This document shows, piece by piece, positions 34,927 to 44,144 of a DNA stretch of 64,000 nt. The notes under the pieces were generated by a model that saw nothing but the letters and a program-made list of their open reading frames with translations, was not told the origin of the DNA and ran no database searches. The position numbers were made by a program, and so were the translations under genes. Origin of the DNA: a virus (lineage: Duplodnaviria > Caudoviricetes); the IMG/VR virus record IMGVR_UViG_3300024518_002390, positions 7,066-71,065 of that record; one strand, given 5' to 3'. How positions within the stretch are numbered: position 1 is the first letter of the stretch; the number at the start of each line of letters is the position of its first letter.

Positions 34927-37412
34927 AGTGGTGTCAACTCCTTCCAAAGTGGTTCCATATGTCTACTAAAAAGTGTCTGCATAAATTGATGCGTCTTTGG
35001 TTGGATACGAGCCATCAACGCTCGACCGCCATCAAAATTGAAATAATGTGAAAACGATTCTGCAAACCACTCAAGCTCGTTGTTTAAAGAGTAAGAAGAT
35101 TGGCCAAGGCCGTCCAAGTGCCTGTTTATAGAATGCCAATGCCTGGCTTGCTGACCCTCCGACATTATTCCACCTTTTAAACGAAGGCCTAATCTCTTGC
35201 CAACCTCTTTAGAGGCCGCACGATATTCTCCGATCATTGCCTTATAAGCATCATCCAATTCCTTTAACAATGTTTCCGATGTTGCTGATAAGGGTTCTCT
35301 CCACGCCCCGCGTCCTATAATCCTACCCCGATTTCTAAAAAGTGTGTAATCCATGTGATGGCCAAATTCGTGGGTCCATACTTTGGCGGAGCGGCCAATA
35401 CTGTTACTACTCCTCATTCCAAGATGTTGCGAATGAGACCAATACGTTCCGTCTGCTCGAGCAGTATATTTACCTCCCCACGGATCTTTGAGATTGCCAA
35501 GCCTGCTGCCCATATTAAATCCCATGGCCTTACGCCGAGGCTGAGACATCAACTTGGCCAACTCTTTATTAAATCCGTTTTCTCCCATCCTACTTTGAGC
35601 CTTTTTCAAACCCTCTTCCAACTCCCGGGTCAGAGACCCCGTCTTCTTATTGACGAGTACGGTTTTCTTCAGTTGTTCCGTGGTGTTGGCCGTGCTTTGT
35701 TTGAACTGCTTAACGGTTTTGGCGGGGTTGGAAGTAAAGCCCAGTGTCTTGCCATTGCGTGGTGCAAGAAATCGGTTGGATTTAGTACTCCACGGCACAA
35801 CCTTAACACCTCGAGCATTGCTGCCGTACACCTTCCACACGTTGCCCTCAGTATCTTTAAAGATGTCGCCCAGCTTGAGTGTTCGATAGTTGGCGGAATC
35901 TACTAACGGTGCTTTAGGAATACCCGTTGTCGTTGTGGTACCAGGACCTGGCAGGCCTCCACCGCCTGTCCCTCCTCCCGGAGGTCCGTCCGCAAATCTA
36001 AAAGTCTTTGCATTCCTGGCCGTTACAAATTTGCCTGTTCTTGTACTCCACGACGACAGCTTTATAGACTCGGGGGTCTTACCAATCACCTTATACGTTA
36101 CACCATCCATCGAAAACACATCGCCGAGGCCTCGTGTCTTAAGCTGGTCGAACGTTAAAGTCCTTGCTGTAGGCGGCGCTATAAACGCATCCGGCTTGGC
36201 AAGCGGTGCGCGCCTTGTTGCCAGTGTCGGAAGCTTGCGCCCTATTGCGGCCGAGTCGGCGAAACCCATTTCAGCAAGCGACATTGGCCTACCTGTTTGG
36301 TCTAGTGTTTGCGACAGGTTGAGCTTGCCTTGCTTCCACAGTTTTTGCCTGGTAGGGCCTAGCACTTCTAGCTGCACGGACTTCGGCTGCGTCTTCAACC
36401 ACTGCGTATAGCCCATACCTTTAGCTACCTGGCCATTCATGCTTGCCCGTGCTGCTTTCGGTGCGTTGTTGTCCAGCTTGCGTGCTATAGACTTCTGCTG
36501 CCGAGTAGCTGTAGAGGCGCCGCCTTGTGCTTGTAGCTCGGCCCACGATTTGGTGTTCGGCACCAGCGAGGATCGGCAATTAAAATGCCAGGGAGGCGGT
36601 CCCATGTAGTTACCACTACTACCCACCGGCTCAAAGTCCGGCAACGTCCACTCATCAGGCCTTGCTCCACGCGCACGGCAAATGTCGGAAGTGCGTGCAT
36701 CGAGCGTTACCAAAACCATTAACGATTCGATTACATCGGTGTTGGCCATGTACGTTTCCAACCGTATGTCATTTGCAACGCTCTGCACACTCGTACGCAC
36801 AAGTGCCGTGGCCTCCCTTGTACTTGCATTCATAATACCGCCGGAGAATACAGGCACGGATTTGGCCTTACCGGCAATCTCAACCATTTGCCTGGCACCT
36901 GTAGCAGTCCCTCGGACACGGCGCACAAGGTCCCCGGTACTTTCCCCGAGTAAGAACCCCTGGCGCATCTCGTCCGCAAAGCGTCGCCGTAGAGCCGCGG
37001 ACTGTCGGCCCCAATGCTCGGTAGCGGGCGCCCCAAAGATCGGTGCCTGCTTGCCAAGTACTCGAAGCTGGGCAGGAGCAAGGCCACCGGAAACAATGTC
37101 CACGCCAAACAAGCTGTTGAGCTGTTGCGAGGCAAACGCATTCTCGGTAATTGCGAGGTCTCCCATCTCGCCGGCCATAAACCGATTCATGCCGGAATAG
37201 CTGCCTTTTATCATTCCATCAACTTGCTTGAGCAGGCCTTCCACTCGTACCCGGCGAATGGCAGTGAAGTCGTAACTACCTAGCTGCTCAACAAGGTTCT
37301 GCTGTAGCGTTCGCAACTGGCCTAGGATTTGCCGCCGCAACTTCGCGTCATAACGCAATAACGAAATGTTATGCCGTACCAGGCCATCGCTTATTCGATC
37401 GTTAAAAGCCAT
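34923..37412 (-). CDS. MuF (SPP1 gp7-like) minor head protein with C-terminal zincin metallopeptidase-like domain
   Basis: A.ALVRT.V, TLD.RTS.IC.A, PP.HFNCRS, W.K.QP...Q..VLG..R..L; C-terminal THEFGH...EWFAESF. Confidence 0.85.
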   Translation of the reverse strand: MAFNDRISDGLVRHNISLLRYDAKLRRQILGQLRTLQQNLVEQLGSYDFTAIRRVRVEGLLKQVDGMIKGSYSGMNRFMAGEMGDLAITENAFASQQLNSLFGVDIVSGGLAPAQLRVLGKQAPIFGAPATEHWGRQSAALRRRFADEMRQGFLLGESTGDLVRRVRGTATGARQMVEIAGKAKSVPVFSGGIMNASTREATALVRTSVQSVANDIRLETYMANTDVIESLMVLVTLDARTSDICRARGARPDEWTLPDFEPVGSSGNYMGPPPWHFNCRSSLVPNTKSWAELQAQGGASTATRQQKSIARKLDNNAPKAARASMNGQVAKGMGYTQWLKTQPKSVQLEVLGPTRQKLWKQGKLNLSQTLDQTGRPMSLAEMGFADSAAIGRKLPTLATRRAPLAKPDAFIAPPTARTLTFDQLKTRGLGDVFSMDGVTYKVIGKTPESIKLSSWSTRTGKFVTARNAKTFRFADGPPGGGTGGGGLPGPGTTTTTGIPKAPLVDSANYRTLKLGDIFKDTEGNVWKVYGSNARGVKVVPWSTKSNRFLAPRNGKTLGFTSNPAKTVKQFKQSTANTTEQLKKTVLVNKKTGSLTRELEEGLKKAQSRMGENGFNKELAKLMSQPRRKAMGFNMGSRLGNLKDPWGGKYTARADGTYWSHSQHLGMRSSNSIGRSAKVWTHEFGHHMDYTLFRNRGRIIGRGAWREPLSATSETLLKELDDAYKAMIGEYRAASKEVGKRLGLRLKGGIMSEGQQARHWHSINRHLDGLGQSSYSLNNELEWFAESFSHYFNFDGGRALMARIQPKTHQFMQTLFSRHMEPLWKELTPL

Positions 37413-37415
37413 GGC

Positions 37416-38972
37416 CTATTCCTCTTCGTCTTCTTCTTCCTCATCCCCATCGTTGGACTTGTCTTCATCCTCGCCGAATTCGTCCACCTCGTCCAGGCCG
37501 AACTTAGCAGCATCGTCCTCAAGCGCGGCCAGCTCATCATCCTCGGTGTGCTCGTCGGGATACATGCCGCCCTGCTGCATCTTAAAGTAGTAGGCCTTAA
37601 ACGAAATCTTGCCAGCTTGTAAGGCCGCCAGCAATTGTGCCAACATCTCTGGAGGCATGCCGACGCGCACGAACTCGGTGTTGAGCTGAATGGTTATAGT
37701 TCCGAGGCTTCCGTCCCACGTTGTAACAATGGCCAAGGCCTCGTTTATACCCTCGCTCGCACCATTAGCAATGCTGGCCAGTACGCTATGCTCGCCAGCA
37801 CTGCGCAGCTCATGTGTTTCAAACGCCTCGGCCTTCCTTATCTGCTCCTCCAACAAACGTGCACCGAGGATTGCCATCTGCCCTTGCTTCTCCGACATAG
37901 CGTTCTCAAGTGCACTAAGGCCGGAACCAGTAAACTCCAACATACCAACCTTCACTTGCTGTGCATCCACACCAGCAATGACCCAGGCCTGGCTACTGCC
38001 AATTACCAGTTCCTGTTGCTCCGACAAGCCGACAATATAGGGCGTAGGCAATGCAGTAAAGTGGCGGCCGTGTTCCAAGTCGGCGCTTGTACGGTAATGC
38101 GACATATTCACTGAGGCCAGGCCTTCGATTGGCGGCTTCTGCTCCTCCTCATCGCTGTCACCGCTTGTAACAATCACAAAAGGTATGGCATCCATTGCGG
38201 CGCCTCGCAACGTCGGAAACAACTGCTCATCAAGCACAAACTCATCGGCGCGTGCGTTTGTACCGCCGCTGCCTGGAAGGTCTTTTTTCAAGCGCCATAC
38301 TTGTACGCGGTAGATGTTGTTTTGCGCGGGATCGAACAGGATGTTTGGAGCGTCTTTCATATTCTCCAAATCCAGCAGGGCCATTTCCTTCGATACCAGC
38401 TCTAGCACGCGCCACTGCTTCTTGTCCTCAACCACAAAGCGGTCGTCCTCCTTAACCTGGCCGAACTCCTCTTCCAGTACTACGCGGGTCAGTATTTTCT
38501 TGCCATCCGCGTTGATGTCATACTCCCAGTTAATAATCGACTCGGCCGTGTACCCAACTAACCAAGGCGTGGCCGTCTGCGATATAACAGGAGGCAGGTC
38601 AGCAAGGATGCCATACTTATTCATCATCAATACTTCCTGCATAACAACTGAGGCAAAGCCTTCCAGCGATAAGTTGTTTTTGGTCATGTTGCGCAGGAAG
38701 CCTTCCTTCACAGTATCCTTGGCCTCAATTGTTGGGTCCTTGCGCATGACCATTCCAACCAGGCCTTGCATAGTGCGCCGAGTAGCTTCAAAGAACAGCG
38801 CTCGCAGCTTGTATGCTTCGTATTCGGTTTCCTTTTGCTTGTGCAACTTAGGTAGGTAGGCCGTGTCGGCTGCCTTAACAGCATACTCGCCTTCTACTGC
38901 GTCGCGCACCATAGCCCAGCGCGGCTGTAGCTTTTTGTAGATGCGGTGTTGTGCGTTTACGGTGTTCGGCAT
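37416..38972 (-). CDS. portal protein (DUF4055-type)
   Basis: W..VRDA.EG, YLP, Y..Y..RA.F, Y.AE.I.NW, IPFV, SHYR.SAD.E...H, LEF.G.GL, GARL; acidic tail. Confidence 0.9.
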   Translation of the reverse strand: MPNTVNAQHRIYKKLQPRWAMVRDAVEGEYAVKAADTAYLPKLHKQKETEYEAYKLRALFFEATRRTMQGLVGMVMRKDPTIEAKDTVKEGFLRNMTKNNLSLEGFASVVMQEVLMMNKYGILADLPPVISQTATPWLVGYTAESIINWEYDINADGKKILTRVVLEEEFGQVKEDDRFVVEDKKQWRVLELVSKEMALLDLENMKDAPNILFDPAQNNIYRVQVWRLKKDLPGSGGTNARADEFVLDEQLFPTLRGAAMDAIPFVIVTSGDSDEEEQKPPIEGLASVNMSHYRTSADLEHGRHFTALPTPYIVGLSEQQELVIGSSQAWVIAGVDAQQVKVGMLEFTGSGLSALENAMSEKQGQMAILGARLLEEQIRKAEAFETHELRSAGEHSVLASIANGASEGINEALAIVTTWDGSLGTITIQLNTEFVRVGMPPEMLAQLLAALQAGKISFKAYYFKMQQGGMYPDEHTEDDELAALEDDAAKFGLDEVDEFGEDEDKSNDGDEEEEDEEE

Positions 38973-38982
38973 GTCGTACTCC

Positions 38983-40398
38983 TTAGAATCCCGATATGGT
39001 GGTGACGGTAACGGTTGGTTTGGTTACTGGATACAGGTAGGCCGTGGGATAGCCGAGTGCATCGAGCAAGTGTGAAAATTGTTTTTGCTTGAGCCGTAGC
39101 TCGTGTGTATAGGCATGCATATATTTCTGGATCTTCTTGCAGGCCGGGTCTATAGTGAGAGTCGGCCTTCCGCGACTCGGATTAAGCTTGCCATTGACTG
39201 CGTTTTCTCTGTCGCGGATTTTAGGGTTGGCTGATTTACTGATAACTTCGAATTTGGTACGCAACCATGTAAAGTCCGACTGGCCGCCAGGGCTATTTGT
39301 GCTTCTAGCTCGGCCACTAGCGTCTGGGTAAACTGTTCGGATACGGGGCTGCTTATCTCGGTCAAGGAAATTGAGGATTTGACCTTTAACAATTTCCTCG
39401 TTGGTGCCCTCGTTATTCTGCGAAAGAATGTCAACCATGTATTGCGTATCCGCGTTCTCGATTTCAATTTCGGCCACGATATGCATGTGCTTTCCGTTGA
39501 CCCAGAAAACAATGGCGGCCATCGGGTCGACGTTGAAATCCATTCCGACAAGAAGTTCGTGGCCTGGATCTTCGAGCCGAACAACATTGCGTTGTTTACT
39601 AAAGCCATAATAAATTGCTCCTTTACTGAGGTTGACAAAGTCGCCATCAAAGTAGGCCTGCTTCATCCTAGCTGTATAGCCTGATAGCAGTGTGTCCAAG
39701 TACTGCTGTGGTAATGCAAGGTTGGCCGACGTAGGCACATGGATAAGGCCGATGTCGTAGCGGTCCTGATCCTCTCCCTCGCATATGTCGTACCCCCAAT
39801 TCAATTGCTCTGGTGTGCCGAGTAGGCCTATCTCGCGGTGCCGTGCTTTCGGTGCACGCACTCGAGCCAGCATCTGCAAGAACACGGCCTCGTCCTGGAT
39901 GAACGGCTCGTCAATGGTTGCTGTGCCTACGTTCGGACCTTTGAGGCTGTCGGGCTCCTCTCCGGAGCCAATCCATATGCGGCCGGTACGACCTCGGTGT
40001 GTAATGAGGAACTCGTTATCCGATTTGTTGTATCGGTAACGCAGGCCGCTGTCCACAGTCTTCTTACCGTCCAACAATTCGATCATTGTTGGTACCACTG
40101 TGCGCTTCGCAACCTTGTAGGAGGGCGACACCCAAAAATGAGGCTGGCCGTTGTTAAGCAATGCCATAGTGATGGCACGCTTGCTACCTATCAACGTTTT
40201 ACCAGCCCCGTACCCGGCCACCATAGCCTTAATGAAGTTCGGCAAATTCCACCACTTGCGTTGATGGTGAAACATGCCGCCCTTCACAACCGCCCCGTCT
40301 TCCATGATGGGGTCGGAGTCGCGCCAGAACTTACGTACCGAATGCCGAGGCCTGCGTCGTCGGCTTCGGATCGGTACTACATTGGGCTGTGCTGCCAT
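38983..40398 (-). CDS. terL: terminase large subunit
   Basis: Walker A GYGAGKT, Walker B ATIDE, GTPE, nuclease-domain GMDFNVDP, YPDASG, HLLDA. Confidence 0.93.
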   Translation of the reverse strand: MAAQPNVVPIRSRRRRPRHSVRKFWRDSDPIMEDGAVVKGGMFHHQRKWWNLPNFIKAMVAGYGAGKTLIGSKRAITMALLNNGQPHFWVSPSYKVAKRTVVPTMIELLDGKKTVDSGLRYRYNKSDNEFLITHRGRTGRIWIGSGEEPDSLKGPNVGTATIDEPFIQDEAVFLQMLARVRAPKARHREIGLLGTPEQLNWGYDICEGEDQDRYDIGLIHVPTSANLALPQQYLDTLLSGYTARMKQAYFDGDFVNLSKGAIYYGFSKQRNVVRLEDPGHELLVGMDFNVDPMAAIVFWVNGKHMHIVAEIEIENADTQYMVDILSQNNEGTNEEIVKGQILNFLDRDKQPRIRTVYPDASGRARSTNSPGGQSDFTWLRTKFEVISKSANPKIRDRENAVNGKLNPSRGRPTLTIDPACKKIQKYMHAYTHELRLKQKQFSHLLDALGYPTAYLYPVTKPTVTVTTISGF

Positions 40399-41021
40399 TA
40401 CTTACCGCCGTAGCAGGCCGAGGTTATGCGTGCCTTGGACTCAGCGCACTTAATGCGTTCAACACGCCGCTCCTCTTGTAGGAAGGCCAACTCTTCTTTG
40501 AGGCGTTTAATAACAGCCATGTTGGTTACCTCACCAACCATCTTTGTATGGCATTGCTCGATAGCAAGTTCCTTGGCCTCGCCCTTATCCTTAAACGTCT
40601 TGTACAGCGATCGGTTGTGGCACTTCCAATACCAACCAAGCTCGCGTTCGCCTGCTGCAAAGGCATCGTCAGCGGCCTGCTCGAAATCACAAGCATTGGA
40701 ACGCCAAGGGAAGCCGATCATGCCGCTGGCACTATCATTACCAAATGCAAAACCGAACACCCGCAAGCAATTCTCCGAGTTACTGTTCGGCACCATTATA
40801 AGGTCGGCCGGACCAGACTCGTAAGTGCTGTTTACCGACAGCTCATTGCCTTCGTTACTCGCCTCGGCCGCAGCGGTTGCCTCTCCAACTGCACTAGACA
40901 CCGATTCCGCTATTGCATCAGCTTCGGCAGAGGCATTGGCTTCAAGATCCTCGTTCCTATACGTAGCAAGTGCAGGCATGGCCAATGCCAATAAGGTCAG
41001 TGTTATTACTAGCTGTTTCAT
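40398..41021 (-). CDS. exported Cys-containing protein with Sec signal peptide
   Basis: MKQLVITLTLLALAMPALA| then a Ser/Ala-rich linker, ENC...G...G...C domain and coiled coil. Confidence 0.7.
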   Translation of the reverse strand: MKQLVITLTLLALAMPALATYRNEDLEANASAEADAIAESVSSAVGEATAAAEASNEGNELSVNSTYESGPADLIMVPNSNSENCLRVFGFAFGNDSASGMIGFPWRSNACDFEQAADDAFAAGERELGWYWKCHNRSLYKTFKDKGEAKELAIEQCHTKMVGEVTNMAVIKRLKEELAFLQEERRVERIKCAESKARITSACYGGK

Positions 41022-41032
41022 TCCGTTCTCTC

Positions 41033-41341
41033 CTAGGTGAGGGCGACATTGACGTTGGTAACAATACCAGGCGCCGAGTCGTCCGATACAAATGGCTGGT
41101 CTACCGTCATCGAGCGTTGGCCTGCCGTATCAATAACAATCAGCCTGGCAATCCAAGTGCCGTTCTCCAGCTGCGTTATATCCAGCCCCATGGAAGGCGG
41201 TACAACCGTGTCTACGACAACAAAGTTGGCACCCGCATCGGCACTGAGGGATATTTCCACACCAGCTATCTCAGCGGCAGGAAGTGGTAGGCCGCTTTCG
41301 CGGGTGGTAGGTAGATCATAACTAATATGAGCATCTTTCAT
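41033..41341 (-). CDS. Fn3-like single-domain protein with C-terminal A-strand motif
   Basis: AHISYDLP...LENGTWIARLIVIDTAGQRS...DSAPGIVTNVNV. Confidence 0.7.
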   Translation of the reverse strand: MKDAHISYDLPTTRESGLPLPAAEIAGVEISLSADAGANFVVVDTVVPPSMGLDITQLENGTWIARLIVIDTAGQRSMTVDQPFVSDDSAPGIVTNVNVALT

Positions 41342-41439
41342 TGTGCTATCTCCACGTTGGTTACAGGGTTAGGTGGATCGGCCTGACCAAGCAGCTTGCG
41401 CCACCACGCCCGAAACCGATACCAAAATCTTAGGAACAT
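41338..41439 (-). CDS. 33-aa peptide: W/R-rich amphipathic helix plus PPNPVTNVEI motif (below the ORF cutoff)
   Basis: MFLRFWYRFRAWWRKLLGQADPPNPVTNVEIAQ; fills the gap exactly and overlaps both neighbours. Confidence 0.6.
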   Translation of the reverse strand: MFLRFWYRFRAWWRKLLGQADPPNPVTNVEIAQ

Positions 41440-41993
41440 TTAGCGACCACTATGTCGGGTTTTATATCCCCCGACCATATCACATCGGCACGCGGCACTG
41501 CATGGTGTCCGTTTACTGTTTGGTCAGCTATGCAAGGCGTGCCTGCCGGAATAGTACCGACCGGCAGCAACAAAAAGCGATCAGGCTGCTTGATCAGCGT
41601 GTATACCACAAGCTCTTCAACAGTTAGACCGCCGGGGGGATTTGGCCTGGTTGGATCTGCCATTACAGTCTTCACAGCCTCATTCGAATATATCGACTCC
41701 GTGCCGGCAGTATTGTAGGCCGTTGCCACAATGTAATAATCGCCAGCCGCCAAGTTTTCTAGCACATAGCTGGTAACGCTAGGATTGGCCACAGTAACCC
41801 CATTGGGATACTGGCCAGAGGTGTTACCGTAGTAAATCTTATAACCAGCAAGGTCGATCAGTGCGGTACCATCGTCATTGAGCGTTGGCATTGTCCAAGT
41901 CAGTGATATTGCGCCTGCAAATGCTCGGCCTGTAAAAGCACCGAACAATACAAACAACAAACAACAAACCAAAATCTTAATCGTAGTTTTCAT
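41430..41993 (-). CDS. exported fibronectin type III-like protein
   Basis: Signal peptide ...GRAFA|; ISLTW.MP, LAGYKIYYG, L.NL..G.YY...TAYN..G.ES..SN, then PNPPGGLTV and a small Cys-closed domain. Confidence 0.8.
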   Translation of the reverse strand: MKTTIKILVCCLLFVLFGAFTGRAFAGAISLTWTMPTLNDDGTALIDLAGYKIYYGNTSGQYPNGVTVANPSVTSYVLENLAAGDYYIVATAYNTAGTESIYSNEAVKTVMADPTRPNPPGGLTVEELVVYTLIKQPDRFLLLPVGTIPAGTPCIADQTVNGHHAVPRADVIWSGDIKPDIVVAKCS

Positions 41994-42013
41994 GTCGTCG
42001 CTCCTTCCAATGT

Positions 42014-42394
42014 CTAGTCAAAAAATAGCTCGGCCAGGAAGGCCATCACGCTAAGAGTTAATGGCGGGTTCGGCCGAACCTCGATTGCAGGCATTACCAT
42101 CGGCGGCATATCAGCATAATAAAACACCGACCCGTCAGGAAACCGTGCCAGCACCCGTCTGTAATACGTCACCTCGACAGGCCTCGGCACAGTCCCCATG
42201 TCCTCGCAGCTAATCGCTGTACGGTTTAGTGGCACAGGTATTGCAATATCGTAAACACCGACCTCCGTCCCTATGTGAACCTCATACGTGGCATTTGCAA
42301 AGGCCGTAAAGGTCAGCATACAAACTTCGCTGGTATACGTTGGATACTCGGGAGTACTGACACCCAACAATGTAACAGCCAACAAAAGCTTCAT
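42014..42394 (-). CDS. divergent Fn3-like protein with hydrophobic N-terminus
   Basis: YEVHIGTEVGVYD parallels YKIYYGNTSGQY of 41430-41993; C-terminal RPNPPLTLSV. Confidence 0.6.
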   Translation of the reverse strand: MKLLLAVTLLGVSTPEYPTYTSEVCMLTFTAFANATYEVHIGTEVGVYDIAIPVPLNRTAISCEDMGTVPRPVEVTYYRRVLARFPDGSVFYYADMPPMVMPAIEVRPNPPLTLSVMAFLAELFFD

Positions 42395-42774
42395 GTCGTT
42401 ACTTCCTCCATAAATGCTCTACGTACAAGGTCTAAATTCTTCCGGCACTCGGCCGGGTCAATATACCCGTTACTGGCAATGAGCGGTTGTTCCATATCGT
42501 CGGGGCCGCTATAAACACGCCAATACCACAATCGGCTGTATTCGCTTTGGCAGACGACCACTGAGGACTTGACTGGAAGTGTTGCATCCATGCCCTTCAC
42601 ACAACAACGCTCCATCGTTGTTAGTTCGGCACCCCAACCGGAGAAGCAGAATCGGTCGACCTCTCCAGTCAATTCTTTGTAGGCCGCCCGCACTGCACGA
42701 CGTAATGGTACGTCGGCATTGGATGGCAATAGCTCGCCCTCCACCTCTCCTATCTTGCATTCCCATATCCTCAT
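42391..42774 (-). CDS. hypothetical protein with C-terminal YegP/DUF1508-like segment
   Basis: WYWRVY...LIASNGY.....C..NL..V. Confidence 0.55.
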   Translation of the reverse strand: MRIWECKIGEVEGELLPSNADVPLRRAVRAAYKELTGEVDRFCFSGWGAELTTMERCCVKGMDATLPVKSSVVVCQSEYSRLWYWRVYSGPDDMEQPLIASNGYIDPAECRKNLDLVRRAFMEEVTT

Positions 42775-43160
42775 GCCGCTGTATCTCCTGTAGCTGGATT
42801 CCACCACTTAAAGGCGGCCGCGTGTCTACACCTGTAGCAGGTAAGAGTGCCGGACTGATGTAAATGGAAGCGGTTATGTCGGCAGCGTGAACAAACAAAG
42901 TTGTCGAGGTGGTCTACACGGCTTTCGTGCAAGTACGGACGGCGCTTGTCGTCGCCTGCCCTCAACTTCTCTGGCTCGTAGTGCTCAAACACGCTTGGTG
43001 CGCTGCACTGGCCGCAGATAATCTCGCCCTCAGGTAATAGGCGGTGGCCTTGGTCCTTGCATGCCCCACAACCATATACCTGCTTATCGGCATCAGGCGT
43101 AGCCTCTGCACACGGCATAGCTTGGCCATTGCATCTGTTAATATTCGTTACCTTTTCCAT
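42771..43160 (-). CDS. Zn-finger-rich hypothetical protein
   Basis: Four CxxC pairs. Confidence 0.65.
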   Translation of the reverse strand: MEKVTNINRCNGQAMPCAEATPDADKQVYGCGACKDQGHRLLPEGEIICGQCSAPSVFEHYEPEKLRAGDDKRRPYLHESRVDHLDNFVCSRCRHNRFHLHQSGTLTCYRCRHAAAFKWWNPATGDTAA

Positions 43161-43474
43161 ACATGCATCCTCTGTACTGGTTCGCCTGCTTCCACATTCC
43201 GGAATGCGACGATGTAGGTGTACGCCTTATCATTGGTGTCAAAATCACTCGTCATCATTTCCGTCCATTCCCGGCCCCTACCTTTAGTGCGGTAGTCAAT
43301 CGTGAGCTTGCCTTGGAACGCACTAAACCGGAGAAGCAAATCATCGGCCTCGGCATTCTCCGGCTCCACAGCCATTAAGGCAGTGCCTTCCTGTACATCC
43401 TCGATGGAAGGCCTTGCTACGTGCAGAACTGTAAAGATACCTGCACAGTGTTCAATAAAGCTGCGCCTATCCAT
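43148..43474 (-). CDS. hypothetical protein
   Basis: 108-aa ORF; Tat-like MDRRSFI start. Confidence 0.55.
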   Translation of the reverse strand: MDRRSFIEHCAGIFTVLHVARPSIEDVQEGTALMAVEPENAEADDLLLRFSAFQGKLTIDYRTKGRGREWTEMMTSDFDTNDKAYTYIVAFRNVEAGEPVQRMHVWKR

Positions 43475-43848
43475 TATTTAGGCACTATCAACTGCGGCAA
43501 GCCTTCTGCCGTCATTGCTTCCGGCATATCCGTCATCGACTTACCAATAACAGCATGATGCTGGATGGCCAGCATGCGCGCAGTGTTCAACAACGTGTTC
43601 AACGCTATGCGGATGCCTGTCGGTTGATATACCGCGCCATCGGTAAGCTTATTGGAGGCCACGCCAATCTCAGTAGGAAATAGCAACAATACATCGATGT
43701 TGGCAGGGTCGTTGTCTATTTTTTTGGTTATTACCAATACCTCGCCGGAGTCTTCGTCATCGGACTTCATTAAGGCCTCGGCCTCTACCCGATCAAAAAA
43801 CTCCCCAGCATCTGGTACCACTTGCAAACGTATTACAGCGTCACTCAT
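43474..43848 (-). CDS. hypothetical protein
   Basis: GGGAG SD; 124 aa. Confidence 0.65.
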   Translation of the reverse strand: MSDAVIRLQVVPDAGEFFDRVEAEALMKSDDEDSGEVLVITKKIDNDPANIDVLLLFPTEIGVASNKLTDGAVYQPTGIRIALNTLLNTARMLAIQHHAVIGKSMTDMPEAMTAEGLPQLIVPK

Positions 43849-44144
43849 GTCTTACTCCCCTATGTGCTTCCAGCACAGTCCTCTGCATTCCAAAAAGGGT
43901 GGTCGCACTTAGGTTGTCTAGCCCCGATCAAAAAGCCTTCTCTCCGTATGCGACCACCCACGTTTCTCTCCTCTGTAAATACAATGCCCCGTGCCGAAGC
44001 TGGTTGGGGAACTCAGCATCTCTGGCACGAGGACTTTAGCTTTGGCCAGCGCCCTGTCGGCAGGGGCGGCCGAGGCCTATGTGCTTTTTTTAAAAATAGT
44101 CTCTGGCAGGGGTGCGTGTCAAACCACCTTCCCCTCTCCTACCA

